The notes beneath the pieces are model-generated. The model did no database searches, was not told the DNA's origin, and saw only the letters and a list, made by a program, of their open reading frames with translations. The position numbers were made by a program, and so were the translations under genes. Positions 14,206-27,941 of a stretch of DNA of 64,000 bases are shown piece by piece. Numbering within the stretch: position 1 is the first letter of the stretch; every line of letters begins with the position of its first letter. This DNA comes from Eledone cirrhosa (taxonomy: Eukaryota). The stretch is from NCBI GenBank assembly GCA_964016885.1, contig OZ024741.1, positions 253,146,001 to 253,210,000 of the forward strand, read 5' to 3'.

Positions 14206-16809
14206 ATATTTTATTAGAATGATTGTATATAAGTATAAATGTCTTTGAGAGTGTACAGACTAGTATATTAATAAAGTATATTTGTCAAAAAATATAATAA
14301 TTCTAATCAAGTCTAGTACTTCTATCTTTCACAAGACTTATCAAGACAAGATATATATTCGGTCTTGTGAAAAATAAAAGTAATAGATTAAAATTATAAA
14401 CAACATTTATTTGAATCTAGTATTTATTTTTTTTATCCAAGTGATAAACAGTGTTTTATTACTTATGACAATTATACTTTATTAATACATACATACATAC
14501 ATACATACATACATACATACATGCATGCATGCATACATTCATATATACATACATGCATGCATACATGCATACATACATGCATACATACATACATACATAT
14601 ATACCATACACACATATATACCATACATATACAGACACATATATATTATAAGAATTATTGCCCGACAGAGGATGTAATATACAATTTGATTGACTGATGT
14701 GAACTGATAAAACTATGATTTGTATAAAACAGTGCAATAAAGATGTTGGACATTTGAAGTGTATGAGATTGAAGGAACGTAAAAGGAAAGAAGAAAACAG
14801 CCAAAAGAGAAAAGAAAAGAAGAAAAGAAGAAAATAACAGTTTTTAAACTCCTTTCTTTTATCTTCCTTTTTTCTTTGTTTCATTTATGTCTCATGCTAT
14901 GAGGCACCAGACATTTTCTCTGACATCACACAAAGTTCTATGTGTTTTGTAGCTCAATAGCTATAAGTTAATGTTTTGTCTCTTATCTTTTCCTCCACTG
15001 GACAGCGTTTGGCTTATGTAAGATGTTGTGACCTCGGGTGGACCAGCAGTATCATTGGTAGAGGTCGAAACTGCCCAAGTACATCTCAAATGGTCGGTGA
15101 CCATGGAGTTCTGTGTCCTTCGTTTGTATTTTTATTTTTTAAGGTTTCCCCTCAAAAAATTGTTTTTCGTTTTCTTTTGTTTCTGTTCGTTGTCTTGTTC
15201 TTTCTTTGTTAATTTTCTTAAGTTTATCATTTTTAATAACTGTCTGGTGATACTTTGGTGCAATATTTTGTTAGACATCTACAGAGTTTGTTAGTCATCT
15301 ACAGTACTAGTTATTAAAGACGAAGAAAGAAAGAAATTTTTAAGAAAATTAAAAGTTAAAAAATATGTAGATTTAAAATGTCTGTATTTTAATGATGCAT
15401 GGAATTGATTGAGGAGGATACAGTGGATGTAGATTAAAGGTTATATTTTATTATGTTTAATTTATTTTAAAGAGGACTTGTATGGTGTTTTATTTACAAA
15501 ACAGAAGTCAAATGTGAGAGAAAAGGATGGAGAGAATGATGTGAAGAAGAAGAAGAAGAAACAGAGTAAAGACTAAAGTAATGTGAAATATGGTGTTGGG
15601 TAGGAATGTAATAGATAATTGTAAAGTTATTACATGTGACAGTCTATGTTAATTATACAAAGTTATAAACATTTATGGAAATTTATGTGTGTGAAATATA
15701 TATAACAATGATTAGAACAAAGGGAGTAACTCTATTATTCGCACTCATATAGTGATTATAATTACTATAATTGAATAACAAATGATGTGTTACTATATAA
15801 TTTATCAGAGAAAACGGACGTCTATATCGACCAAATTACATAGATTCAAAATTTCTGTTTAGAATATTCCCATGGTGCAACATGATTTCATAGTATCAGA
15901 GAGGATAAATCACAAAAAGCTTGAGAACTAGTTGTATGACTTACTGCGATTCAAATTTTTCCCATTTGATATATTATGACAAAATATAGACTGCTTGTCT
16001 AATGAGGTTTCTGTATGTTGGTGATATCTGAATTTAACAAATGTACTCTTTATTAAATGGTACATTTACAGGTGACAATTTAGTATAATAAACTATAGAG
16101 CAGCTTGTCAGATATCTACAATTTAAATGATGTGAGTCATGGTATATTTAATTGTAGCATTGAATGACAATAGATAGATATCACAGAAAATGAATTTTTT
16201 ATGGTTAATGCTTAGCAAGTACATAATAAAGTTAGTTATTGTAGAATAAATGAATTTAATACTGTTATGGTTCAAGATTCTACTGTATTTGAGATGATTG
16301 GGTAAATTTATATGTATAGGGGCTACAAACAGTCTAACAAAGCAAATATTGAATCTAAGATTGACCATTTAGCATTTAGCCATATCTGACCAGAATTCTC
16401 TCATCTCTTTCTGTTCAAACTAGCCACAACCGGCTGCTCATACTTATGTTCTCAAAATGAATAAATCAAAATCTCATAGATTCAATATTACGTGAAATAA
16501 AGTGTTTACCGTGAAATAAAAAAGTAAATGTAGTGTAATGTAAATGCTAAAGGGTTAAAAAGAGGCTTGTATCACAAACAGTTTTATATTTTGTTGCTGT
16601 TGTTTTTTCATCATTGTTTCAGATGTAACCTTCAGCAATTGTCTTGACACATATAAACTTGCATCTGATGAGATGTCGAAGTGTACCCTAAGCTGATCGA
16701 TATTGAAACAATTATAATATGCCATTAAAGTTTGTACATATGCTGCAATCCTGTCTTCGATTCTACTTACTCTCTCTCTCTTGCTATGTATATATGTATA
16801 TATATATGC

Positions 16810-18840
16810 TGTAGTAAAATTTGGTATAAATATCCAAGGGTTTAGACACAAATACCATAATCTTATCAATAAAAATACCATTAAAATATCTTACTCTACC
16901 ACACCTAACATCGCGTACCATATAGCTAGTAGTAATAAAAGGAAGATTAATAATTATTTCCAACTAATTAAATCACAACAGGGGGTAAACTTACATAGCA
17001 ACATAATACCAGAGAATTCTAGTAGCAATAATAGTAATAGCAATAATGAAATTAATAACAATGAGAATGATAATCATCATTACCCTAATGCTATCCCTAA
17101 CAACCATGCATCTACACAACATATTAACCGGCAAGCAAACAACCAGAACAACTGTAACTGTAGAACAAATAGAACTTGCCCCTTAGGTTAAGATTGCTTA
17201 ATCAAAGACATCCTTTACTCATGGCACAGTCAATACAAACAACTCTTCAAAAACATATATCGGTTCTACTTCGAACTGCTTCAAGACGAGATATAACTCG
17301 CATCTCCACACTTTCAAAAATCGCAATCTAGCTAACTCCACTTCTTTATCTAACTACATACACTATCTGAAAACTAAAAATAGACCATACATACTTCAAT
17401 GGGAAGTAGTAGATAAGGCCGCATCGTATAAACCACCAAATAAATTATGTAACCTCTGTCTTCTAGAGACTCGCACTATAATCTATTCTAAACTAAACCT
17501 TTTTAAATGGAAAATCAGAAATTTTTTCCATGTGCCAACACTACCACCGACACTCTTTCCACAACTTTAAACCTAGCTGCTAGTATATAACAATGTCAGA
17601 TCTGGATTCCTCACCACCATTAATACTTCACCTCTAGGTTTTATCAGCATATAATTACCCCCACACTCTATGATCAGCTCATTCCTCTACTTACCTCCTA
17701 TTTATCTGAAATCTTATACTCTACAATAACTATTAAGAATAAACATAAAATTACCACCATTTAATATAACTACTATAGCTTACGTATATTTTATTCAGTA
17801 ATGGATAGATAATAATATAATGAGAACTTTAATGTATTATAGGAAAATAGATTGTATTTAAAATTAAATATATAAATAAATAGCATTATATAAAAGGGAT
17901 TCACTTATAACATAATATAATGTATATTAGCACAAGGAATTTAACTAATTGGAGCTGTAAACAACTATACATTTTTTTTCTATTATACACAAATTAATCT
18001 CTAATTACCTCCCCTTTCACATTAGCTCCTCTTAATATAGATCTCTAACTCACTTCCGGAAATTAAACCGTTAGAAGGATCACTCTAGAACAACTCGAAC
18101 CCTGAATAAGAGTGTAATAAGACCAATATACAATCCATAGTTGTAACTACTTATAAACAGTAACTAAAATATAACCAATGTAATGGAAAAGAAAACATTA
18201 ATATTAATACTCTTGCCATTGTGAGTTCAAATCCCGCCGAGGTTAACTTTGCCTTTCATCCTTACGAGGTCGATAAAATAAAGTACCAGTAATACACTGG
18301 GTAATTGCTGGCCTTGTGCCAAAAGTAGAAACAATTAATATTAATACTCTCAACACATGCACATTTGAACATTACAGGAACAGTTATCATACTACATCCA
18401 CCATAAATTCATAGAAACTACTTTTAATACACAAACATCTTTGTCTGCTTAATATGCTTGTAAACCTGTGTTATATTATGTGATACCTTTGCCATACTGT
18501 AATATATATGCCTAGTACCATTGCTTGTTTCCTACCTAGCTATCCTGTACATGCCTAACACATTTGAACTCTCTATACGCTTGCATATGTACTGCTAATG
18601 TCCTCGTTTTGCGAGTAACTTTCTGCCTTAATGCCTCATTAATTGTTATACTATTCTTTTGTAATCTTTGTCGCATCCACTGATACTGACCTCAACATCT
18701 TCACTCTGTAAATATGAAACTGTTGATGACAACATTAATATCTATGTATCTATGATTGTTCTGTCAAATAGGAAGTTAATTATGAAACGATTGTCAGCAA
18801 TAAAATGTTTTGAACATAGTTTTAATTATTGTGTAACTTA
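16810..18840 (+). mobile_element. Penelope-like element remnant (GIY-YIG endonuclease end plus long 3' region)
   Basis: NKNTIKISYSTTPN, CNCR...CPL, then frameshifted KTYIGSTSNCFKTRYNSHLHTFK, STSLSNYI, LQWEVVDKA, CNLCLLE, SMCQH; degenerate hammerhead-like TTGATGA...GAAACGATTGTC at 18723-18796. Confidence 0.8.
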
Positions 18841-19126
18841 TAAATATATATATATATATATAAATTTAAAAAATATATATATATTTATATATATATATAT
18901 ATATATATATACAAATTTTAGTACATCAACGAAGCTTTTGGCAGCAGCCAAGCTAACGAATGCAGATTCGGTGTGCAGCTAAGCACTCAATGGAGAATAT
19001 TACCCCAGAGTTATAACATTACATTTAGAGAGCTTTGCAAATCAAATACAGTGACCGATAGTCGGGCCGCATTGCCATAGCGACGAAAAAACTGAACTCA
19101 GGAAAAATATATATATATATATATAA

Positions 19127-19163
<37 letters not shown>

Positions 19164-19346
19164 GTTTGACCCCGACGGCAGAGCTCAAACTGTTTTGACG
19201 GCTATTTCTGGGCTAGAAATAGCTGTCGAAACGGCTTGAGCTCTGCCGTTGGGGTCAAACATTTTCCTATTACCCACTCTACTACCCTAAGTATTGAGTA
19301 CTCTGGTGCGTTATGGTCCATCTGGTTCCTTACCACACCTCCTTCG

Positions 19347-19349
<3 letters not shown>
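19164..19349 (+). mobile_element. Family C copy 2
   Basis: Diverged palindrome plus the same 3' tail (ATTGAGTAC...TTATGGTCCATCTGGTTCCTTACCACA); (TA)n flanks. Confidence 0.8.
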
Positions 19350-19422
<73 letters not shown>

Positions 19423-19750
19423 TTATATATATATATATAATATAGACAATATGCCCCCACACCCCCCACCGCAAGGTGGTCGTGGAGGTGCCACGGCAAA
19501 AAAGCACCCAGCCCACACTGTAAAGTGGACGTGTAGGCGCCACGAAAAAGCACCCAGCACTCACTGTAAATGAGGTTGGTGTTAGGAAGGGCATCCAGCT
19601 GTAGAAATCAACCCAAATCAGTTCCTGTATGAGCAAAGCATGGTCAGCCGACCAGACACTGCGCACAACAGGACAACCCGTCTAACCCATGCTAGCGTGG
19701 AAAAACGGACGTAAAACGGTGATGATGATGATGATGATGATGATGATATA

Positions 19751-19781
<31 letters not shown>

Positions 19782-20056
19782 CAGACTTTAAAACATATAA
19801 GGTAAATTGTTTGTATTCAATTGACTCTGATGAGCTATTCTTGCAGAAAAGTCTAGTGAAATGTTCATAAATCTATTAAATGTTTTAATAATAATACTTG
19901 TCCAAATGTGTGTGTGTGTGAGTGTGTGTGTGTGTGCGTGTGCGTGTGTGTGTATGATTGTTTCTATGTCTGCTTTCCATGCTAGCAAGGGTTGTGAGTT
20001 GGATAGTCATTGCATCCTGAATCAGTGCTTATTCAAAGTTACCACCCTCATAGATG

Positions 20057-20092
<36 letters not shown>

Positions 20093-20329
20093 AAGCTGAT
20101 TCATGTTTCATGTGAATGTAAATAAACATATATATATCAAGTATTCAATACATAATATATATCAAATAATCGTATCTAGAAGGCTTTGAGTCCGTTGGCC
20201 GCCGAATACATTTTATCTGTCCCCAGGGTATTTGCAGTTTCTTGCACTTCCATATACCCATATTCCTTCAGGGCATCACATCAATTATTCAATATATATG
20301 ATCATCATCATCACTGTTTCATCATTTCA

Positions 20330-20660
20330 TCATTTCATTTTACGTCCACTTTTCCCTGCTTGCAAGGGTGGGACGGGAACTGATTTTGGCTTGATTTCTA
20401 CAGCTGGATGCCCTTCCTAACACCAACCTCATTTACAGTGAGTGCTGGGTGCTTTTTTGCAGTGGCACCTCCACGACCACTTTGCAGTGGAATGATATGG
20501 ACCCCAGTCCCTATCATCTCATTTCTACAGCTGAGTAAACTGGAGCAATGTGAAATAAAGTGTCTTGCTCAAGGAAACAACACATCACCCGGTCTAAGAA
20601 TTGAACTCACAACCTTTCGATTGCAAGGCCAATGCTCTAACCACTAAGCCATGTGCCTCC
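20330..20660 (-). mobile_element. Same SINE family as 62835-63175
   Basis: Reverse-complement copy. Confidence 0.85.
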
Positions 20661-20953
20661 ATACGTACATATATATATATATATGCTTAACGTCTATTTT
20701 TCCACACAGGTATGGGTTAGACAGGTCATCCCATTTGAGGCAAGTTGGGTCTGGTGACCTTGTCTTACTCCTACAGAACTGTTTCTAGCTTGGTTTCTAC
20801 AGCTGGATGCCCCTCCTAATGCCAACCACATTTACAGTGTGTGCTGGATGTTTTTTGTGATGACACCAACACAACCACTTTACAGTGTGGGCTGGGGCTT
20901 TTTGCTGTGTCACCATCATGACCACTTTACGGATATAGTGAAATAAAAATAGA

Positions 20954-21100
20954 AGCTTTTGCCATAATATTTTTTACTAAAATACAGTCTAATAATGAAC
21001 AGAAAAAGATGGGTATCAACACCCTCTTTTTCCATTTGGTGGGTTTATACACCCCATTATTAGACTGTATTTTAGTTGAAAATATTATGGCAAAAGCTTT
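20954..21100. repeat. Inverted repeat, about 44-bp arms; non-inverted relative at about 26400-26530
   Basis: GCTTTTGCCATAATATTTT..ACTAAAATACAGTCTAATAATG / CATTATTAGACTGTATTTTAGT..AAAATATTATGGCAAAAGC. Confidence 0.7.
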
Positions 21101-21368
21101 TATTTTTATTTCAATTCTAAACTTCACTTGCCATATTCCAAACATACTTCCTTCATATACCATCATCATCATCATTTTACGTCCGCTTTTCCCTGCTTGC
21201 AAAGGTGGGACGGGAACTGATTCTGGCTTGATTTCTACAGCTGGATGCCCTTCCTAACACCAACCTCATTTACAGTGAGTGCTGAGTGCTTTTTTTCCGT
21301 GGTGCCTACATGTCCATTTTACAGTGTGTGCTGGGTGCTTTTTTTTTGCCGTGGCACCTCAATGACAA

Positions 21369-21425
21369 AATGATAAATAAATAAAGGAAGGGGGACTGTC
21401 CCCCTTCCTTTATTTATTTATCATT
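21369..21425. repeat. Perfect hairpin, 28-bp arms, 1-nt loop
   Basis: AATGATAAATAAATAAAGGAAGGGGGAC-T-GTCCCCCTTCCTTTATTTATTTATCATT. Confidence 0.9.
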
Positions 21426-21495
21426 AAAACTATTATTGATGTAGTAATTTGAATTTTTAAGTTTACCGTTACGCATATATTTTATATTTCTTAAT

Positions 21496-21602
21496 AGTCT
21501 CTGATGAAATGATTGAAGTTAGATGTATGGTAAATTGAGTTAAACTGTCTCTAGTATTTAGCAATTTATAGACAATTCTATCAAGGAAACAATTGTAAGA
21601 CT
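21496..21602 (+). ncRNA. Hammerhead ribozyme motif with extended stem II
   Basis: AGTCT-CTGATGA-[78 nt with TAAATTG/CAATTTA pairing]-GAAA-CAATTG-TA-AGACT: 5-bp stem I, palindromic stem III, GUA site. Confidence 0.7.
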
Positions 21603-22361
21603 GTAAATAAATATCCTTGTTTGTACTGTCAACCATGTTATTCTTCACTTTTTTTAATATATATATATATATATATACACATACACACAGATACACACAC
21701 ACACACACACACACATATACATATATATATATACACATACATACATACATATATAACTGCTCCAAATTCTTAATTTGTTGATCTGCTCTTACTGTAACTA
21801 GTACTTTGCACCTCTTTCTAGTGGATATTACATCCAGTCCTACTTATATCAGCCAACACAGTTAAAACCTTTTCACTCCATGCTGTCTATGGTGTTAGCC
21901 TAATTCTCAGATCCCAACAGATATAAAAGTATTTTGTACTCTAAACTCTATAGGAATTTATTCAAAGATGAATCCTCTGATGATTGAATCATGTCTCCCG
22001 TAGCTTTACCAAAATCGATAGTTGGTAATCGATGATAGATTGCTTAGATCGATTTTTGTTATAGTTTATGTATCAAAAATGGTGCCATAAGTAAAAAAGA
22101 ATTTTTCCACCTTGAATTACATATTTTTTTCCTAAATATATGCTTTATATATGTGCAAAATACTATATATTTCTCAAATGATATATGGCTCTTTCTCCCT
22201 CTCTCTATATATAATTTAATTTGAATTATATATCTCACGGAGGAGATGACAAAGGACCATGACGAATGGAGGGATGCCGTGCTCAATAGAACCCGTCCCA
22301 GCCTTGCAATCAGGGAAAAGTGGACGTAAAATGATGATGATGATGATGATATATGTATGTA

Positions 22362-22515
22362 TATTCATTATATTAAGTCTAAACAGTGAGTTTTGTTACT
22401 CTGGAGAGGATGACCCTGTGATAAACAGACAAAATCCAGAGTAACAAGACTCACTATTAAGCCTTAATAATATGACTATCAAAACTCTACTTCCGTATTA
22501 ACTACTCTTCATCCA
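22362..22515 (+). repeat. Degenerate inverted-repeat element (family E)
   Basis: AGTGAGTTTTGTTACTCTGGA / TCCAGAGTAACAAGACTCACT arms, with extended imperfect pairing outside them. Confidence 0.55.
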
Positions 22516-22533
22516 CATACAGATACACACACG

Positions 22534-22581
<48 letters not shown>

Positions 22582-22582
<1 letters not shown>

Positions 22583-22935
22583 CGATATTAACAAATGGAA
22601 ACTATATTTATAAAACCATATTTATTTCATTATACATATTTCAAGGACACCAAGTTAAATTATGGTGTGCTTTCATCATATAGAGCAGTTTTATAAATAA
22701 ATATAGACATACCCTTAAAGAATGCAACCATTACTGTTGGAAGCTCCCGGATGAAAGCACACCATAATTTAACTTGGTGTCCTTGAAATATGTATAATGA
22801 AATAAATATGGTTTTATAAATATAGTTTCCATTTGTTAATATCGTATTTTTACTCCAATTATTTGTTGAGTGCTTTATATCAGTTATAAAAATATTTGCT
22901 TGTTGTATCCCAACAATTTAAATAGAACTTTTACA
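22582..22935 (+). mobile_element. Inverted-repeat element (family D) with degenerate hammerhead
   Basis: About 96-bp arms 22582-22679 and 22750-22845; CGGATGA-AAGCACACCA...TGGTGTCCTT-GAAA; (TA)n flanks. Confidence 0.75.
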
Positions 22936-22948
22936 TATATATATATAT

Positions 22949-23048
22949 AGGGTGTCCCCCAAAATTGTATACATACCTCAAGAGATTCTAATAAATATTG
23001 CCTATACAGGTAATAAAAGTGTGTATACATTTGTTTGGGACACCTTTT
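22949..23048. mobile_element. About 100-bp Tc1/mariner-type MITE
   Basis: AGGGTGTCCC..AAA.TGTATACA / TGTATACATTT..GGGACACCT in TA context. Confidence 0.6.
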
Positions 23049-23067
23049 ATATTTATATTTGCTTCTC

Positions 23068-23099
<32 letters not shown>

Positions 23100-23101
<2 letters not shown>

Positions 23102-23281
23102 ACGAAGGAAATGTAGTAAGGAACCAGATGGACCATAACGCACCAAAGTACTCAATACTTAGGGTAGTAGAGTGGGTAACAGAGACAAGTAGGACCCCGA
23201 CGGCTGAGCTCAAGCCGTTTCGACGGCTAATTCTGGACTAAGTGAACATTTTTAGCCTCGTCGGGGTCCTACTTGTCCCTA
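23100..23281 (-). mobile_element. Family C copy 3
   Basis: Reverse-complement copy with a shorter inverted arm; (TA)n flanks. Confidence 0.8.
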
Positions 23282-23507
23282 TATATATACATACATATAT
23301 GAGGGTGTATGTGTGTATAAAGAGAGAGAGAGAAAGAGAGAAAGCAATGGCTTTACCAAAATCTTGCTACACCCCACACCTGCCTCTAAACCCCACTTTT
23401 CCTTCTCTTGCAATTAATCCCATACTATGACAAGGTATTATATAGAATACTATCACTGAATCCACAAATCCCTGTTTGAGGATCAGCAAGCACGGATTCA
23501 TTATCAA

Positions 23508-23541
<34 letters not shown>

Positions 23542-24647
23542 GCTACTACTGCTGATGCTTCTGATGCTGATGCTGCTGATGCTACTACTACTACTGCTGC
23601 TGCTGCCAACTGCTACTACTACTATTACTAATACTACCACTATTACTACTGCTGATGCTTCTGCTGCTGCTGCTACTACTGCTGCTGCTGCTGCTGCTGC
23701 TACTACTACTACTACTACTACTACTACCACTACCTCTACTACTATTTCTACAACTACTACTACTACTACTATTACTACTATTTCTACTACTACTACTACT
23801 ACCACTACCTCTACTACTATTTCTACTACTACTACTACTACTACTACTACTGCTACTATCACAATGATGGTGATGTCAACGGTGGCAGTGAAGACAATGA
23901 CAATGGTGGCAACACCAATAACAATGACAGTGACTAATAATAATAATAATAATAAGTAGGAGGGGGAGGGGAGGGGGAGGAGAAAGAGGGGAGAAGAAGA
24001 AGAATGAGAATATGAAGAATGAGAATGAAAATATGAAGATGAATAATGAGGAAAAGAAGAATGGGGAGGAGGAAGGGGAGGAGGGAGGAGGAAGGGGAGG
24101 TGATGAATGAGAAGAGAAAGATTTATTTCCAACATAGGAACAAAGCCAGTAATTTGGGGGTGAGAAAAGTCGATTAAATTGATCTCAGTGATTGGTTTTA
24201 TACGTGATTGATACTATATTTTATCAACTCTGGAAGGATGGAATGTAAAATTGATGTTGGTGGCATTTGAACTCAGAACATATAAGGCCTTACCTAAATT
24301 TGGCAAAGCATTTTGTTGAATGCTAAAATGATTCTACCAATAAACTTTCCTTATTCTTCCTTATATTAAGAACTACATTAAAAGCTACATTAAACCTTAA
24401 CATCCTGTACTGCATGAAACCACATTAGCAAACCATTCTTAAAAAGTATAAAACAGCACTATAAACTGTATGACGTCAATAATTTAAGTCTTTACTTTAA
24501 TATTGCAAATTTTCACAATGATCTGTCAGCTAGTAAAGATATTACAAACATTTGAATAAACAAACTCATTTTTTAAAAGATATTTTATGCTAAATCATTT
24601 CAGGTTATTACGAGTTAAGAACCAACTTATACCTGCCTTTATATATA

Positions 24648-26225
24648 TCATCATCATCATCACCGTTTTACGTCCATTCTTCCATGCTAGCATGGGTTAG
24701 ACGGATTGTCCTGTTGTGGGTAATGTCCAGTCGGCTGACCTTGTCTTTGCTCATACGGAAACTGATTCTGGCTTGATTTCTACAGTCAGATGCCCTTCTT
24801 AACACCAACCTCATTTACAGTGAGTGCTGGATGTTTTTTTTTCTGTGGCACCTACACGTCCACTTTACAGTGTGGGCTGGGTGCATTTTTTGCTGTGGCA
24901 CCTCCACGACCACTTTGCAGTGGGATAGGGTGGGGGCATATTGTCTATATGCTTCAGCATCAGCTTGTTCCTGTGGGAAGTCGGGTCGTCTGTATTACTG
25001 CGTGACGGCGGAGTTCAAGGTCGTGCGTCATTGCCCTTGAGAAGTGCAATTGAGTAAAGTCGGCTTTTATCACCTCATCCCAGGTCATCTGTAGCTTCCA
25101 TCGACTTCTAGTGCTCTGCACCTTTTTATGCAGCTGTCATCCTTCATACGCAACACATGTCCATACCAACGTATCCTCCACTCCTGCACACAGCATTTGA
25201 TTCCTCTTATGCTCAGTCTCTCTCTCAATTCATTTATGCTTTGTCGTTCACGTATATTACTATTACACATCCATCAGAGCATGCAGGCTTCGTTTCTTTC
25301 TAATCTACGCAAGTCTTCTACAGACAGCGCCCAGGTCTGACTATCATGTAACATTGCTGTTCGTATACACGCATCATACAGTCTGCCCTTCATTTTCAGG
25401 GAAAAGCCATTTGCAGCTAGCAGTAGCTCCCTTCCATCCCGTTCTTACCCTAGTTATTGTACTTTCCGAACACCCACCTCTGCTGCTAATTCGGTCACCT
25501 AGGTAACAGAAGCTGTCTACAGAGCCCTCCCAGAGTTTGGTGGTGCTTGTTTCCTGTGGCTGTTTGCTGCTTGCTGTCCTAGCACAGCTGCTACATGTAA
25601 GGCCTACATTCTTAGTTAAGCTTCCTGAGATCCCACTACATCTCTTGTGTACCCATTGTTTGCATTTGGGGCAGAGGATGGAGTTCCTACTTACTGAGCA
25701 AGGTCATTTCCTTGAGGGGATCTGGGTTCTGTTTTCTCGTCTACTTACAAGAACTTTAGTCTTTGTCAGGTTGACTTTGAGACCCTTTCTTTCTAGACCC
25801 TGCTTCCATGTTTGGAATTTCTTCTCTAGTTCCACCATAGATTCAGCTATAAGTGTGAGATCATCCGCATATAGGAGTTCCCATGGGCATCCAGTCTTAA
25901 ACTCCTCCGTTATTGCCTGCAAAACTATAATGAACAGGAGAGGGCTAAGAAGACAGCCCTGGTGGACACCACCGACCTGTATGCTAAATTCCTCACTATA
26001 CTCATTGCTAACCCTAACTTTGCTGACTGCTCCTCTATACATGGTTTGTACAGCTTTCACAAGTCATTCATCTACTCCTAATTTCTAAGAGCCCACCAGA
26101 TTATAGCACGGGGCACTCTGTCAAAGCCTTTTTCCTGATCAATGAATACCAGGTAGAGCGGCTTACTTTTAGCTAGGTACTTTTCTTGTAACTGCCTCAC
26201 AAGGAAGACGGCATCAGTGGTGCCT
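24648..26225 (-). mobile_element. RTE LINE 3' half with RT core and 3' UTR
   Basis: GVHQGCLLSPLLFII, WELLYADDL, GLKVNLTKTK, C-x2-CKQWVHKRC, WYGHVLRM; tail with (ATG)n. Confidence 0.9.
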
Positions 26226-26554
26226 TATATATATATATGAGCACAAGCTGAAACACAGATACAGTATACACCACCTTCACCCTGTCCCCTTCCATACAGC
26301 TCCCATGAACACAGGCTAAGTGTGTTCATTGGTATAATCATAGCTTACTTGTCTGGCAAATGTGAGGTGTGGGTTCAACTCCCATGTGTACTGACAACCA
26401 TCTTTTTTTGTTCAATGGGTTTATACACCCCATTATTAGATTATATTATTTAGTCAAAATATAACAGCGAAGCTTCTATTTCTACTTACTTTATTTCAAA
26501 CTTTGCTCACCACATTCCAAACATACTTTCTTTCTTTATATAATATATATATAT

Positions 26555-26940
26555 ATGGCTTAGTGGTTAGAGCATTGGCCTTGCAATCGAAAGGTTGTGA
26601 GTTCAATTCTCAGACCAGCTGATGTGTTGTTTCCTTGAGCAAGACACTTTATTTCACATTTCGCTAGTTTACTCAGCTGTGGAAATGAGATGATAGGGAC
26701 TGGGGTCCATATCATTCCACTGTAGAGTGGTCGTGGAGGTGCCACGGCAAAAAAGCATCCAGCACTCACTGTAAAGTGGACGTGTAGGCGCCATGGAAAA
26801 AAAAGCCCTAGCACTCACTGTAAATGAGGTTGGTGTTAGGAAGGGCATCCAGCTGTAGAAATAAAGCCAGAATCAGTTCCTGTCCCACCCTTGCAAGCAG
26901 GGAATAGCGGACGTAAAATGAAATGATGAAATGATGATGA
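26555..26940 (+). mobile_element. Same SINE family as 62835-63175
   Basis: Near-identical head, body and tail. Confidence 0.85.
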
Positions 26941-27518
26941 TATACTCATTAAAAATAACAGAAGGCTGGACTGGAAACTTTCTCTAGAATTTCAATTTTT
27001 AATGAATATTTAATTGTTCTTGCAACACTCTCGGGATACCACATCTATGATGGATGATTTGCATAGCGTTGAGGGCTTTAATTTATTGCATCATCGTTTA
27101 TAATCTGGAATCACCAGTTCTCTCCATTTGTTAACAACCTAACATGAACGGTATATATATTTATATATATATATATATATATATACCCCACACCCTACCC
27201 CATCTCCCTCTCCCACTCTGTCCACTGTGTCGATGACACAACAGGCCACACTGTCAGGTGGCCCATGTAAGAGACAAGTTGAAAAGGCTCCCAGTACACA
27301 CTGTAAATGTGGTTGGTGTTAGGAAGGGCATCCAGCTGTAAAAAACCTGCCACAGACGCTTCCGTGCGAGCGACACATGGTCTCCCGACCATTCCCGCAT
27401 CAAACGGAACAAAACCGTCTAACCCATGCTACCATGGAAGATGGACGTTAAACGATGATGATGATGATGATATATATGTAATCATGAAGTGCAAGTCAAA
27501 AGGTTAAAATTTACTTTG

Positions 27519-27869
27519 TTTATTCATTGTCGATGATACATATATTTTGGTGATAACCGTTATGCACCAGCTATGACCTCATCAGACAGCTAAAATTTGA
27601 ACAGAAAAAACAGAAAAACATGAAGATGAAATAAAGCTTATTACTGTTGTTTTGATTAATTGATATGCTCTGAAGTGAAATTTGGTGTTGCTTTCTCAAG
27701 GCATATGATTTAGAATGAATAAACTTACAGCACCAGTAGAAGTGGCACCTTCCTAATGGTCAGATTTAGCTTCACCACTCCATCAACAAGTCTCTTGAAT
27801 TCCCTAATGGTGCCATTGTCTGAGATTTATATATATATAATTAGTTACAACAGTGGCATATGCAGGTAC
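27519..27869 (-). other. Candidate downstream exon(s) of the protocadherin, or relic exons
   Basis: Acceptor CTTAG|GTACC at 27870/27869; donor GCT|GTAAGT at 27729/27728; 139-nt intron; strong acceptor TTTTTCTGTTTTTTCTGTTCAAATTTTAG| at 27590/27589; then LSDEVIAGA* in phase 0 (27589-27560) and AATAAA at 27524-27519. The 141-nt first exon has in-frame stops in phase 0. Confidence 0.35.
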
Positions 27870-27902
27870 CTAAGTTGCATTGGGTTAAATAAAATGGTAG
27901 GG

Positions 27903-27940
<38 letters not shown>

Positions 27941-27941
<1 letters not shown>

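Noticed and set aside
19980-20040. STDSG reading on the minus strand as a Pcdh cytoplasmic motif exon
   Set aside because: Flanked by in-frame stops, lacks a good acceptor, and overlaps a degenerate SINE tail.
27560-27590. CTGATGAG on the minus strand as another hammerhead (also CTGATGA at about 16663, 21978 and 30086)
   Set aside because: No properly placed GAAA, stem III or stem I could be found.
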